From Lama guanicoe (taxonomy: Eukaryota), in assembly GCA_013239625.1 (NCBI GenBank), contig MU053482.1, positions 2,207,168 through 2,269,167 of the forward strand: a stretch of DNA of 62,000 nt. Reading direction: 5' to 3'. Position numbers and translations under genes: made by a program. The notes below the pieces were generated by a model, which had not been told where the DNA came from, did not search any database, and saw nothing but the letters and a program-made list of their open reading frames with translations. Below are positions 12,451 through 26,039 of this stretch, piece by piece; position 1 is the stretch's first letter, and every line of letters begins with the position of its first letter.

Positions 12451-13607
12451 GATCATCTCACAGTGCCAGCACGGAGAGGGTGTATGTATGTGCACTCACG
12501 TGTGTGTATCTGTGAGAGAGACCAAAACAGAGAAACAGAGACAGAGACAAAAATAGAGAACAGAGAGAGACACAAACAGAAGAAGTGAAGAGAGAACAAT
12601 CAGACATGGGAGGGGGAGCCCACACTGCCTGGGGGTGGCAGGCAGCTGGGACAGCAAACGTCACGTCTGCCTTTCCATGGTCTGAGTGGCAATCTCGACT
12701 CCCTGGGTATGCTTACAGTGCACCAATTTTAAATGCAAAATCCTTTAACAACTGTTTTCTCTCTACTTCTGTCTTCCCCTCCTTCCCGATTCTCATTCCT
12801 GCTCCGCTCTGAGCCCTGAGTTTTAGTGCCAGTGCTTTTACACAAATCCAGCTTCATGTCCTGAGTGAAATATAATTTCATAGGAATGTAATTCTGGAAT
12901 GATCTCATTGAAAAAGCACATCCAGCAAAGGCCATAAGCAAACTTCAGGCCAGCCCATTCACACCCAGAGCCAAGGAGATCGCAGACCCCTTTCCCTTAA
13001 ATGGACAATGTGCCTAGGGCCCAAGCGAAGCATATCAGTTGCCCACGGATATTATCCTGCCCACAGCCAGCCTGTCTGCTTGCAGACTGAGGCCTGGGCC
13101 CAGAGCAGAGACCACCACAAACCATTCTGCACTATACAGGACAGACTCAGGAGAGCAACCAAGCAAACAGGTCTCGCTGCGTCCCTTGGGAGGGTTCTGG
13201 CTCCTGGCCAGGAAACACCAGCTGAAACTATTAACACCCTCCCTGTCACCCCGTTATCAGGCAGAAGAAAGTCCAGAAGCCTAGCTGGTAAGGATCCTCC
13301 CCACAGCTACCTGCCTACGCTACCTCTCTGAAACTCAGCTGCTACCCAACTCTATAGAGAGAGTCAGAAGGTAGGGGATTTGACTCTGAAACTAGATGGC
13401 AAAGCCAGCTCTAGACCAGTCCAGCAGGGCTGAGGCAGAGGAGAAGTGGGGAAGAAATATTATACTCTGATGGACTTTCAAAAATTCTAGCTGAAAAATC
13501 ACTAAGTTGGAATCCCTAGAAAAAATGTCCTTACTCCAAATCTGTACCTCACCCCCAATGAATCCTCATAAAATGGACCAGAAGAGGAGGAAAACATGAA
13601 TGGCTTG

Positions 13608-13692
13608 CAGGGTCTACAGGAACTCTCGGTATTATCTTTGCAATTTTTCTGTAAATCTATAACTATTTTAATATAAAAAGTTTATTAAAATT
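13608..13692 (+). mobile_element. L1M extreme 3' end
   Basis: GGAACTCTCGGTATTATCTTTGCAATTTTTCTGTAAATCTATAACTATTTT...AAAAAGTTT. Confidence 0.7.
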
Positions 13693-13724
13693 AATGGCTT
13701 GTCATGGTTTCCTTTGTGAGCAAT

Positions 13725-13900
13725 AATGAGAAAAGAGTAATCTTGGATATAAAGTCCAACTCTGCCTCTACCAGTTACGAAGCTGTGGATGAGTTACCTA
13801 ACCTTTCTAAGCTTCAGTTTCCTCAACAATGAAATGGAGAGGACAGTTCCAAGCACGGAGTGTTGTTGTGCAGATTAAATTAGATATTGCCTGAAAGGAC
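13725..13900 (+). mobile_element. MIR SINE
   Basis: AGTTACCTAACCTTTCTAAGCTTCAGTTTCCTCAAC...TGTTGTGCAGATTAAAT. Confidence 0.65.
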
Positions 13901-13964
13901 AAAACACAGACAAAGGCACTTTCCTTCTGGGCAGTGGCAGCTCCTCAGTTCAGGCACCCGTCAC

Positions 13965-14420
13965 CTTGGGTTCGTGGCAGCTGCGGCGGGAGGCCCCAGA
14001 TCCACTGTGCAGACCTAGCGCCGTGATGATTCACAGCCTCGTCCACGGCTGGCATTACACTGCAAGCCCACCGTCATCGCCCAAAGGGCTGAAAGCCGCC
14101 TTACAGCGGGTTCCAACTAGCGAAAGCACACCTTTGTTGACAGAAACATGTTCTTCTTCCTGCTTTCCCCTCCTCCAACAGGATCCAGTGTCACTGCCAG
14201 GAGCTGAATTACTTTCCTGCGGTTCGCAGGGGTCAACCAAAAGGAAAGGCAGAAGTTGACAGAGTGGGGCTTCCAGTAGGATCAGTCGTCCGTGGTCAGG
14301 TGGGCAGGGGAAGAAGTCCGCTCTCAAATTTGCCACAAAGGACTCTTCCCCACCAGCAGCACCACTACTACCACCTCCCACACCCGCCCCGCAACCTGCT
14401 CCCCACCTTGGCCCCACATC
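13965..14420 (-). other. Candidate alternative first exon/CpG-enriched element
   Basis: Unique CpG-enriched block ending in a weaker donor CCAAG|GTGACG (13965); ATG at 14055 open to the donor (MPAVDEAVNHHGARSAQWIWGLPPQLPRTQ, phase 1). Confidence 0.3.
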
Positions 14421-16484
14421 AAGCTGGGCTGATAAGCTACAAACCTGCCAAGGCAATGGGCACAGTAAGTTCCCCAAAGCCAAGAGATAAGCCCCAAGGC
14501 TGGGCATGAAGTCACCCGTAAGCCCTGGAGCCAGACTCTTGAGCCTCAGCCACCCTGACTCCTGGCTCCATGATGTGTTGTCCATTTCCCCCCAGCAAGA
14601 CTGAGGCCCCATCCCGGTCTCATAAGTGGATGGGCTGGAGGCCAAGGACAGAATCAGGTGAAGAAAGGTACAGCTCTGATGTCATGTTGTGTCTCTGAAG
14701 ATCACTCACAAGGATATAAGGTCCTTAAAAAACTCTCCTAAACTAAAAGAGAAGTCCCGGCTCACCCTGAAAATTCAGTGTCCAAATAAGGGAGCAGTCA
14801 GTGCTAGAACAGTGAGCCTGTTCCAACTCTGAAAACCCTGTGAGAAGCAGTTCCCAGGCTTGGGATTCCACTGACAGGTTGTAACCCCTCTAAGCACTAA
14901 TGGGTACATTCTAGTGGCTAATTTCTCTGACCTTCCAGATGGCTGTACTGGGGACACACCCCAGCTGAGGCCCAAGGACATTAGTTCCTGGCAGGGAGTA
15001 CGCAGAAGCCCAGCCGCCCAGCTGAGCCAGATAACAGTCCCAGCTCCAGCGGCTTCAAGGACACATTTTGGGAAGCAGAGCTCAGGAAGAAGATGTCCTT
15101 GGAGCTATTTCTTATTTAACCAAATAAGAGCCAAATATAGCCAAAAATGAAGAAGCTAACTATGTCATCTTCTGTGCAATTTTTCTCCAGCTAATCACCT
15201 CGTACCAAGTTTACTACAATGGTCTCTGATTACACAAAGAGTACTTTATCGAGTGCCAGCCCACGGAGGCACTTAAATAAATGTGAAGTGTTACTATTAT
15301 CATTACTAATTTCCCTTTCTTCTTCCATCTCCAGTCCTCTGCTCATAAATGACAAGCTACGTATCCTGCAATCTCAATATCATCATGTCATTCCTCGGGA
15401 CTCCTTAACTGCCAATCACACCAAATTCAGATTCCTCCAATTCTTCCAGAACTCTGCCCAATGCTGCCAACCAATCTCACCTCCCTGTTCTTCCTTCCTC
15501 CTCCTTCAACTCATCCCACCCTACCACCACCACTCCCCTCCCATCCTCCATTCCCTCCACACAAAGGCACAAGACTTGCATACACGCACATACACATACA
15601 CACACACAAATGCACTTCTCTCTCCAGGCAGGATGACTCTTTCTCCAAACATGTCCATTGCTGTATCCATGTTTTTTATGCTCAGTATTTTCCGTCCTCC
15701 CTGCTATCCAAATCCTATCCATGCTCCATGGCCCAGTCTAAGGTCCCTCTTAAACTTAGGTTGGAAAACCATTAGATCCACAAACAATGACCAGGCACCT
15801 CCCTCGTGCCAGGCACTAGGGCAGACACTGAGGACCCAGTAAGAAAAACAACACAGTCCTCCATGCTAACTGGTGGGAAGGGATTCAACATGAACCTCCC
15901 TGCTCACCTGAAGTGTGCAGGTAGGGGAGTCAACAATCAGACCGCAGAGGCAGCTGGCTGCTGCACTTGTAGGGGCGGAGATGAAGTCCAGTTGGATGAG
16001 GTCTTCCTACCTCTCTTTCAGCTGTTCTAAGAAGCCCCTCAGGCTTGGTGGTTTAGAATGTGTTCTACTACAAGAACCATCACTGTCTCTGACGGCCTTG
16101 AGGAGCGCTGCCTCCTGCATTGCTTTGGAGTTTTAGCAGCTTCAGAGGTAGGTGGGGTCCAACCCTCTCAATAAAAACCGCACCTAAAGATCAGGCACAG
16201 GGCTTCACACTCCTACCCTCAGCCAGGAACAGAGAGAAAATGACCAACCCTGTCCTCAGGAGTTCCCAGACTTCCCAGTGCCACCGTGACCACATAGCTA
16301 CTGGAGGCTACAAGGGAGGCAACCTCTTCAGGCCTCTCCAGGGTAACATGCAATTCTCAGACCCTAATAGTAACTTTACTCCTCTCGCTCCTATTTAAGA
16401 AAGGTTATTGGAATATGAGTCTGATTGCTATTATTACAGGAATAATCCTGCATACCTCCTAAATTGTAAAAAAAAAAAAAAAAA

Positions 16485-16539
16485 NNNNNNNNNNNNNNNN
16501 NNNNNNNNNNNNNNNNNNNNNNNNNNNNNNNNNNNNNNN
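16485..16539. other. Assembly gap (55 N)
   Basis: Run of N following an A17 tract. Confidence 1.
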
Positions 16540-17770
16540 CTCTTCTGTTTCTGATTGAAAAAAAAAAAAGATAACTCATTCACATGCACCTTGGTCTTGA
16601 CTCCTGTAGTAACCAATGTAACGAGTCCACATGGCCTATCATATCAATGCAGTTCCTCTTTTCCCCCTCAATCAGAAACAGAAGAGGCTCTCCAGGTGTA
16701 ATTTTAGAGACCTTTTAGACCCAGGGAGGAAGGGAGAGAGAACACCAAAACCATCCCTATTTATATTTCCAGCAATAGAGACTCACAGTCTACCTCATCA
16801 CCCAACCTCATCCCACTCTACCTGAACCTCAAGAGTCGCTGAAAGCTCATCTCACATGAGACTCAACTGTTACTTCTCATGCACTAAGCATTCAGCCTCC
16901 TGCTAGTAAGACCACCCCTCCTAGCAAGGCTGGATCGGTCCCAGTCCATACTAAAGAAGCTCAGGAGCTCACCCAAAAGGCCAGTCATGTGTTTAGGGTG
17001 CAGACCTCAGGTGACTCTGCTAAGTCAGGGCTGTCAGAAAGGCCGCAGCTGCTGCTGATCCACGCACACCACATGCGAGCACAGTAACAGACCAGTGACA
17101 AAAGCCTTGAAGAAAAGGCAGGACAGAAAGAAGAAGCTGCCACCAGCCCTCGGATCACCAGCACCTAGCACAGAGGAGTATACGCCTGAGCAAAGCCTGA
17201 GCAAAGCTTTGCATTAACTGTAACAGGCACCTAGTCTTTGAAACCTGTGGCAACCAGACAGCATCATCTCTTCCTTGACCGCCCAGGCTGCCCCCACTCA
17301 GCGACTCCGGAAGGCGGCCCATCGCCAAAGGCTGAAGACAGGGCCGGGGGCACACTAAGCGTCTTCAGAGACTCAGCTACACACTTTCAGTCCCCTTCCA
17401 CCTCAGCCCCTCCCCCTGCCCCTGACAACTCAAATTTTCAGTCTCCACATATGTGTCTATGTGTCTGCATGTCTGAGTTTTATTTACACTACCCATGTCT
17501 GTTGTTAGCAACAGAAACAAAGTATTTCAAGGCAGAAAAGGCAAGTCAGCCAACTGGCCTGCTGCTCCCCATCCTGCTTCCAGCTCAGGGAAGAGGCTGT
17601 AAGGGATCCTCCGAGCCCCAGTCGACCATGAGGGTCTATAGCTCCCGTGCACTAAGAGAACCGGCATGGAGCCAGTTCACCCCAAGTCGGTCACAGCTGT
17701 GTGGGGCACCAACCATCGGCCCTGCCTCTCCTTCCCTGGAGGTCACACCCTGAACACCTCATTCTCTTAC

Positions 17771-17849
17771 CTGCCTAGATGCTGACTACTGCTGGCAGGC
17801 AGAGCTTCAAAAGCCCGAATTCAGGAAACCCACTCTCCTCCCTTACACA
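17771..17849 (-). other. Candidate 79-nt non-coding cassette exon
   Basis: Minus-strand acceptor cctgttcctctttaccataaccatctcctAG| and donor GCAG|GTAAGA. Confidence 0.3.
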
Positions 17850-18784
17850 CTAGGAGATGGTTATGGTAAAGAGGAACAGGCAACGCCTCCCTAGACCCAG
17901 ACTCCGGAGAGGCGGCCCAAGGCTAAGTTTTACCTTCACGTCCTTTCCCATCTTCAGTTTTCCTGCTACCAATCATTTTCCAAGTTCCAGTATCAGGCTC
18001 CTCAATAAAATCAACAGCAGTTACCGATCACTGCTTTGTTTTCAGCAGAAGAGAAAAAAACATGAGCCGTGACTCATGGGCGTCATGGCTGCACTCAAGG
18101 AGCTCATGGGCTATTGTCAGGAAATAGGATACAAAAGAAAATAGTTCAAATGTGAGAATCAGACTACAAGTAATCTAAAGAACCGTGGTGGGAGTGGAGG
18201 GGCGTGAGTAGCTCAGAACAGGATTCCTGTGAGCCAGGTTTTAAAAGACAAACAGTAGTTGGACAGAACGAGACAAAAGGCTGTTTGAGATGACGAGCTG
18301 GACTATGACTCAAGGTCCCAAGGCTGGAAAAAAGGCAAATATACCCATAGTGTTTTCCCATATCCAACTGAGGCTCAGCCCTAGGAGGTAAGGAGGAAAG
18401 AGACCGGCCTGACCACGAAAATAAACCCTCCCCTCAGGGTCACCATGCTCTCCAGTCCCTCTGCTCCTACCACTGCCAAGAGCACGCTCAGTGTTTCCTT
18501 CCTCTGCACTACTGCGAAATCTTCTCCCCTAGCGAGCAGAGAATGCAGCCAGCCCCACTCCCTAAACCTGAAAACACCCTGATGGAACTCTTGGTACTCA
18601 AGGCTCCTACTCCCACAGAAGGACAAGCTTCGTGCTCCCCCAGCTGCAAAGTGGGTCAGGAGGTGGGGTTATTCTTCTGCTGGGCCAGGTCAAGCTAAGT
18701 CTGATTCTTCACTCACTAGAGCAGGAGAAGGGGTATGAAGCTTTAAGTACAGTCTCTGCCTAGCCCGGGCAAGAGTCTCTCCTC

Positions 18785-20060
18785 CTTCCATTCACACTTA
18801 TGGTCATGTATACATTCAACTAACACATACTGAACACCAACCACGTGTAAACTAACGTGCTTAGTGCTGGATGGGGCACCAAAATACATTAGGCATGGGT
18901 CCATCCTCAAAGAGCTTACATTCTAGTAACGCAGATACAGATAAAAATACAAATATAACAAATACCAGGAAGACTATTTTAAGTGCCATTAGAGAGGTGA
19001 AAGTCTGTGGATTTAAGTAGAGGGGATTACTTCCAACTGAAGAAGCAGGAAGGGTTCATAGAGAGGGCCACCCTCGCACTGGTCCTGGAAGATCAAACGG
19101 CAGAAGAATACAGGGGCAATCCTGGGCAGATGGAAACACATAAGCAAAAGTCTTAGGGGCAGGAAAGTAGAAGCATATGAAGCAGAGCAAGATGTTCAGT
19201 TTGATGGGGGTTTAACTGGAAGTAGACCAGGGAGAAGGAAAGCTGGAAAGACAGAGAAATATCAGATCTTACAGGCTTTGAGAACCAAATTAAGGATCTT
19301 ATATTTTCTTTGGGAAATGAAAGGAATGATGGGTCAAGAACTGTGCTTCTGAAAGATGAAGCCATACTCAGAAATCTAGAGGCTATGGCAGAGAAGTCTG
19401 TTTTAGTGGTCCACCAGGAGTGGAGATTATAGACAGGATAAGAGAGGGAGGGCACGCAGGTAATCAAGCACACAACTGGAATTCCTGTCTTTGAGGTTCA
19501 GGCTGACAGAACAATAAGCAGGCACTCCTGAGGGTGGGGAAAGGCTGGACAGCCAGCTGTCCAGAGAGGGCCATGAAAGTGTTGGTGGGGAGGGTAAGCC
19601 TTTAGGAGCTTGGGGAGGGAATGGAATTTCAGAGTTTAGGATCCTGAAAGTGGAATAGCTGCAAGTGATAAGGCCAAAGGTATGGCCATGCTACGAATAC
19701 CTTAAGAGAAAAGAAGAAGAAGTCTTTAGAGTGGAAAAGATGGAGGGACTGTGAGGCCAGAGCACCGAAGGACTCTTGGCATGAAGTCCCAAGTCCTAAT
19801 TATGCCAGGAGATATGAAGAAGGTTGTAAGCAATGAACATGCAAGTCAGCACCACAAATGAGGAAAGGAGATATATGTGAAGGGAGAGACTGACTTCAAG
19901 TGGGAAAGGTTGCCAGGTGGGGCTGGAAGCAAGGTCAGGCAACACAGAGTGAAAGTCAGAGGAGGAGATAAAGTTACTTCATTAGACAGGGTCACAAGGG
20001 AAGTGAAATCTTCAGGGAAAATCCAGGTTTCAGGTAGGCTCAAGGAAAGGGTGGAAAACA
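18785..20060 (-). mobile_element. Long degraded LINE2
   Basis: 3' end CATTCAACTAACACATACTGAACACC; minus ORF 19846-20061 LSLPETWIFPEDFTS resembles the L2 APE endonuclease motif LTETWLSPED. Confidence 0.6.
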
Positions 20061-20061
20061 A

Positions 20062-20960
20062 GAAGCAATACCACTTCTATCAGATCAGGCAATCAAATGA
20101 TAAAACTAATTCCAGTGTCAGACAGGGTGTGGCGAATGGAGCATTCCCAGACACTGCTGGAGCTACTGTAAACCAGCACAACCTTTCTTGAGGAAAACTG
20201 AGGAAATAAGCTCTGAAAAGTATATTCTCACAGTGATATGCCACACAAGCCACAGACAGGAAGAAAATACCAACAAATGATTAAAAATAAGAACATATGA
20301 AGAACTTAGAAAATCAATAGGAAAAAGATAACTCAACTGAACAACAGGTAAAAGATACGAACAGACAATTCAAAGAAAGGGAAACCCATGTAATCAATAA
20401 AATATGAAACAATGCTCAACCTCTCTGAAATCAGGAAAATGCAAATTAAAGCATGACATATTATTTCATATTCATCAGATTAGAAAATACTGAGAAATGT
20501 GGAATCTCCAAGTGTCAGCAAAAATTTAGGGAAATGAAAATCTGTAATCATTGCTGGTGAATACATACAACCACTATCGACAGCAATCTGGTACGACCTG
20601 ATGAAGCTGAAGAATCACACGCCCACTCCAGGTAGCTGCTGCAAGTAAAATCTTGTGCATTCCTCGTACAAGGATGTTCATCACAGCATTGTTTGTAATA
20701 CACAAAAAGGGGAAAGACTTTAATCATCTCTATCATACAACGGTACATCATATACCAATTAAACTGAATGATTTTATACATTCACACTTTTCAAAACCAA
20801 CACTGAGGGAAATAAACCAAACTGCAAAAGGCTGCATGCAGGAATGGTGTCATGTGTATAAAATTTTAACACACAATACTATACATACCTTTATGGACTC
20901 GTGTATATAAAAGGATAAGATATTCGTGGCAATGAAACATATCAATTTCTGAGAGGAAAG
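20062..20960 (+). mobile_element. L1ME-type ORF2 end/3'UTR fragments
   Basis: GAACAGACAATTC, ATGCTCAACCTC, AATCAGGAAAATGCAAATTAAA, GGATGTTCATCACAGCATTGTTTGTAATA. Confidence 0.75.
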
Positions 20961-23380
20961 CTACTAGATACACTAGCAACTCCAGTAACTCAGCTCCTTA
21001 CAGGGTGGTTTTCACTCAGTTGCAATTTCATGTAACACATCTGTATTTTATCAGGAGTCACTGTAAGAGAGCTACTGGAAATCGAAATCGCAAAAGCATT
21101 TGTTGTAAAAAATGATAAAGAAATATCCTTGTGGTTGTAAAAGTAAGAAAAAAAATAAATGAAACGTAACTCTCGATTAAAAAGGTAAGGATTACTATCT
21201 GTTATATTGTTCAACATCTCTGACAAAGATATCTGCGTAAGAAATTACATTAAAGTATAAAACTTTGTCTGTCTTGAGAAAATGGTATGTTTCCTCTTTC
21301 CTCGTGGCAAGATATCAGAAGGTCAGTTTTCCAGACTGCCAAAGAACTGAGTCAAAGTCAAAGGCCATTCACAGCAACCACCTCAGTTAACAAGGTTAGG
21401 ACACTCGCCTGCTCCTCTTTCCTTTGGTGCTGAGGATCTGCTTCTATGTTATAGAAACTTCCCTTGATCAGTTATCTACTGTGTGACCAGCATCATCCCC
21501 ATGTGTTAATCATGTTAACTAATGTAATGCTCTAAACCAATCCTAGGACATAAATGTTATCAATTCTATTTCACCAAATAAGAAAACTAAAGCCCAGGGT
21601 CCCACAGTTAGTAAAAGAAGGAGGCAGAATTTAAACTAAAGTTCCTGTTCCTTCTACTATCCCATGGAAAGTACAGGTGCTGTTTTTATTATGTCTTCCA
21701 TGACCAGCCAGCTCAGTTCCTCTTCTGAAAAGACATATAAAACCAAGAAAATAGAGTACATAAAAATATCTTATATGCTGTAAGTTGTTCAGATGCAAAC
21801 CACCATCACTGCCCTCCAGGAGAAGATGCATAGAGCAGGGCTGACGTTTCCACTTACACGCACGCACACCAGCAGTCAGCAGGAAATGAACTCCAAATAC
21901 AGCCCAATAGAAAAGCTTTTCTCTCAACATTTAAACTCATAAAACCATGAAAGTGCTGTGGTCACTCCCTTAAACATAGGTGTTTGGCAAGACAGTGAGA
22001 GATCATCACACTTTTAGCCTCCCCTGGGCACAGACTCCTCCTGCTTGGGAATCAAGCAGACACTGGTGTTAAGCCAGCTAGGTCTTCTTTTCTCCCAATT
22101 CCTCTTAATCTCTTCTCCTTCCATGATGACCATCCTAAAAGCACTATTTCAAAAAGATACTATCTTTGGGAGGAAGAATTCTCATTTCGAGTTTTCATTT
22201 CTGATTCATCCATAAGTCTGTGACTTTAGCTCAAAGTTCTTCAAAACTCTGAAACCCACAATGTGCTGCTTTCCTGTAAGTTTCATGGCCATGCCTCAGG
22301 GGAAATATACATATGCCTTCCCTAGTACTGCAGATCCAAAGTTCAGAACAGACAAGGTCGGAAAAGGGGACACTCCACCTCTAGTTCCAAGGCACGGATG
22401 GCTTTCTAGAAGTTTAAGGGGCTAGTGGTCACCAGCAGCAGGAAAATGCCAGCAGTTCTCTGGACCAGGGCTTCACCCAGGGACAGGCACACTCCCTGCC
22501 TGCTCCCACCCGAAGTCCATAAGCAACATGCAAAGAATGCAACACAAATTTTCACAAAGATTGGCTAACAAAATAAGACTCAACCAAAAGGCACCGGGGG
22601 CTACTACCCAAAGAGATCCCTTAGGGATAAAACAGTGAGCAGGGACTCACTGACAGTCCCCCCAACACCAGCACTACTCACGTGGTCAAACATGTCTCCT
22701 CTGGAGCATTCCGGCTTCACCCCCACCCACATACCCCGATTCTTCCCGTTCATTATTAAACCCCCACCCCATTAGTTTCCTCCCACCCCACCCAGTGGAC
22801 AGCAAAGTTTACTGGAGCACAACAAGCTTAAGAACTGTTTAAAGCGTTTGCCTTTTGTTCACCTTGCCTTCTGCCACCACCAGTGACTGTGCTTCCAGCC
22901 TCTTCCAGAGAGCCACTGCTCTGCCATGAAGCAACTACCCCAGAGCCTCCCACTCGTCACAGCTGTACACACCACCCCGACACACACCAGGCTCTCCCTG
23001 ATGGCTCTCTCTCTACCCTGGCAACTTCAATACCTACGTGCATGACTCCACTCAAAACCCCTGTCGCACAACTGACTCCCTGACTTCAACTATACTTTAC
23101 CACTCATACCTATGGACAGTTCTTGGAACTTGTCATTGCCTGAAATAACCCATCTCAATCCTGTCTTCCAAAATCCTACTCCCTGACCACAATTGCCCTT
23201 CCTGCCTACCACTTGATCTTTTTACTATTCAACAGATGCTCTTTGACCTTGGTCAGGTCTCTCTTTCCTTGAGCCCTCCTCCTTTTCCCTAATTTACATC
23301 AGCCCACCTTTCTGTCTTTCCAGGCAAGAACCCATTACCCATCACGTCCACAAATCCCTGGCCCCTCTCTTCTCACTGTA

Positions 23381-23740
23381 CAGCTGCCTCTTGGTATCTG
23401 AGGGGAGCTGGTTCCAGGACACCATTCCCCTCTGCCACCACAGATACCACAAATCCATGGATACTCAAGTACCCTATATAAAATGGTGCAGTATTTACAT
23501 ATGATCTCTGCCTACACTCCCATATACTTTAAACCATCTCTAGATAACTTGTAATACCTAGTACTATGCAAATACATAAACAGTTATAAATACAATGTAA
23601 ATGCTATGTAAACAGCTGTCTGTGTGTGACAAACTCAAGTCTTGCTTTTTGGAATTTTCTGGAATTTTTTTCCTAATATTTTCCATCCGTGGTTGGTTGA
23701 ATCTGTGGATGTAGAAGTCACAGATACGAAGGACCAACTG
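23381..23740 (+). mobile_element. MER2/MER2B-like Tigger-family MITE inserted in an L2 (~22950-23830)
   Basis: Imperfect TIRs CAGCTGCCTCTTGGTATCTG / CAGATACGAAGGACCAACTG; TA at 23379-23380; MER2 internal motif CTTTAAACCATCTCTAGAT. Confidence 0.85.
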
Positions 23741-23839
23741 GACCTACTTGTGGAGTCTAACTCTGGATCAATTTAATCATCCAGATTCTCTGTTCCTTCA
23801 TGAGGACAACTGAAAACCGCTGGTCAGAAATCAACACAT

Positions 23840-24450
23840 TTAAACATATCTGCAAGGTCTTTTAGAGATACATTCTGAAGTAGTTATGCATGAAATGGTA
23901 TGATGCTGGAATACACTTGCAAAAATCCACTGAAGAAGAAGGAGGGGCAGTGGACAAGGACAGAGAAAATAACAAACTAGTCCCAAATGTTGACAACAAT
24001 TGAAGCTGATGATGGATATATGGGTGTTCATCTTCTGTTTTCTCTACTTTTTGTGTAGTTTGACATTTTACATAACAGCAAGTTCAAAAAAGAAAACCAC
24101 TTAAGTTGAAGATTGATGGGGAGTAGTGCCAAAGGTAGCCCACAGATTATCTGCTAGTTACAAAGTGAAAGCTATAATTTTACAATGGAGAAATTTGGCT
24201 GCCCTTACCTTAAGCAGTAACCAAATTTAGCATCAGTAACAGTGAGAAAACCAGACATTATGTGTCTCTGATCTGCTGCATCATTTATAGTTTTTTCCCC
24301 CCTAAAATGCTTAAGTTTAATCAAGCCTCTATATCTAACTTACAGTTCACAGAAAATACAGGGGAAAGAGGAAGAACCCAAGTAATTCCTCCAAGAAACA
24401 ATCAGACAAATATAGTGGCAAGAAAATTCATGTTAAAAATTTAAGAAAAA
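23840..24450 (+). mobile_element. L1MC/ME 3'UTR fragments
   Basis: TTGAAGCTGATGATGGATATATGGGTGTTCAT...TCTCTACTTTTTGTGTAGTTTGA; TTTACAATGGAGAAAT...CCTTAAGCAGTAACCAAA. Confidence 0.65.
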
Positions 24451-24847
24451 GGAATGCCTAAAACTGAACTCATCATTTCCTACTCTACCCCCAATAAAAC
24501 ACTGTCCCCTCCTGTATTTTTTCCACAACGTCACCCAAGTTTCTACAAGTCATCCCTGACTTTTCATTCTTCTTCTTACTCTAGTTCAATCTATCACCAA
24601 GTGCTGTAAATTCTACCTCCTTGAGGTCTTACATTCACCTCCTCCATTCCCCTGCCACTCTTTGACCCAGATTTTATTACTGGTTGCTTGACTTACTACA
24701 ATAATCTCCTAAAATCCATCTCCTTGCTCCTAGTTTTACTTTCTCCAAAACTACTTTCTACAGTTCAGCCAAGTGATCTCACTAAAATACAGATGTAACC
24801 GTATCACTCCTGTGCTCAAATTCTTTCAGCAGCTCCACTGCCCACAG

Positions 24848-25273
24848 CAGCGCTTCCTAAAATGTGGTAAGGAATTGCGTGGCAGGAACTCAACACTGTA
24901 TTACACAGAATTAAAGGGCATGAAGTCACAAGGTGATCAAGTTATTCACTTTGTAAATCTTTCAAACCTTCTCACTAGATTAAGAAGAAAGTTTCCACTT
25001 TGATAATTGTGTGGAGGAGAGGTGCAGAGGCAGCAGTATCTGGCAAAACTCTTTTGACAATTATTTTTTGTTTTCATTGTATTTACTTTAAAACTTATCT
25101 TCTGTGTATGGCAAGTAATATTGATTTTCCACTTTAAGAAAGTAAGATAACTTTTCCTTTTAAAATAAATTTAAGTTCAAAAGTACGCTGACTTAAACAT
25201 GCAAATAATAGTTCAGAGAGGCCACGGTAACACTGTGAAGACGGTAAGAATGAATTAAGCCTGGGGAAAACTG
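24848..25273 (+). mobile_element. hAT-Charlie element (MER113/Charlie7-like)
   Basis: Ends CAGCGCTTCCTAAAATGTG ... CTGGGGAAAACTG; AT-rich Charlie-type interior. Confidence 0.6.
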
Positions 25274-25308
25274 CCCTACAGCATAAAATTCAAATTAATC
25301 TGTATGAT

Positions 25309-25770
25309 TGTGGTGATTTCAAAACAACCTTGCCAATTGTTTGGTATTTCTCTCCGAGAACCAGAAGGGCCCCTGTAACTACCTCAGGAACAGAATGTGG
25401 CCTACGTGAAGGTGCTTAACTTCCAAGGCTAGGTTGATAGAGGCCAGGCAACCTCTGCCCTGTCTAGGGGCAGGCTTCCAGTCCTGAGCCACCATGCTGG
25501 AGGGACCACAGGGAGTAATGATGGGAAAGGGGAGTAGGACCACAGGGAGTAGAGCTGAAAAGTCCCTGTTGCTTGAGCTTTCCCTACTCAGGCACCACAC
25601 ATGGAAGTGAGTGGGTCTTCTAATGAGTGCAGCCCCAGCCACCTTTTGAAAAACATTATGTGACAAGACCTCAAGCAAGATCCCCCCAAACCACGAGAGA
25701 TAGTAACAAAGTTATTGTTTAAACATTCACAGTGTTTTGGGGTGATGTGGTATACAGAACAATGGTAGAT
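25309..25770 (+). mobile_element. MaLR LTR (MLT1 family)
   Basis: TGTGGTG start; ACAGAATGTGGC...ACTTCCAAGGCTAGGT; 3' TTGTTTAAAC...GTTTTGGGGTGATGTGGTATACAG. Confidence 0.7.
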
Positions 25771-26000
25771 CCAGCCTTTCCAGAGCTATTCCCTGAGACC
25801 TGTCTCTACAGTCCCATCTGGACACTGCCTACTATGTGCAGCAGAAAATAATAACAAATTGGTAGTTATGTGCATATAACTCTGCACAGACTGCTTCACT
25901 CTTACCTGCCTTTGCACATGCTAATTCCTCTACCTGGAATGCCCCTCCTTGCTGTGTTCATTTAGAAAATAACTATTCATAGTGGCCAAAAAGTACAAAT

Positions 26001-26004
<4 letters not shown>

Positions 26005-26036
<32 letters not shown>
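26005..26036 (+). repeat. (AT)16 microsatellite
   Basis: Direct reading. Confidence 0.95.
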
Positions 26037-26039
<3 letters not shown>

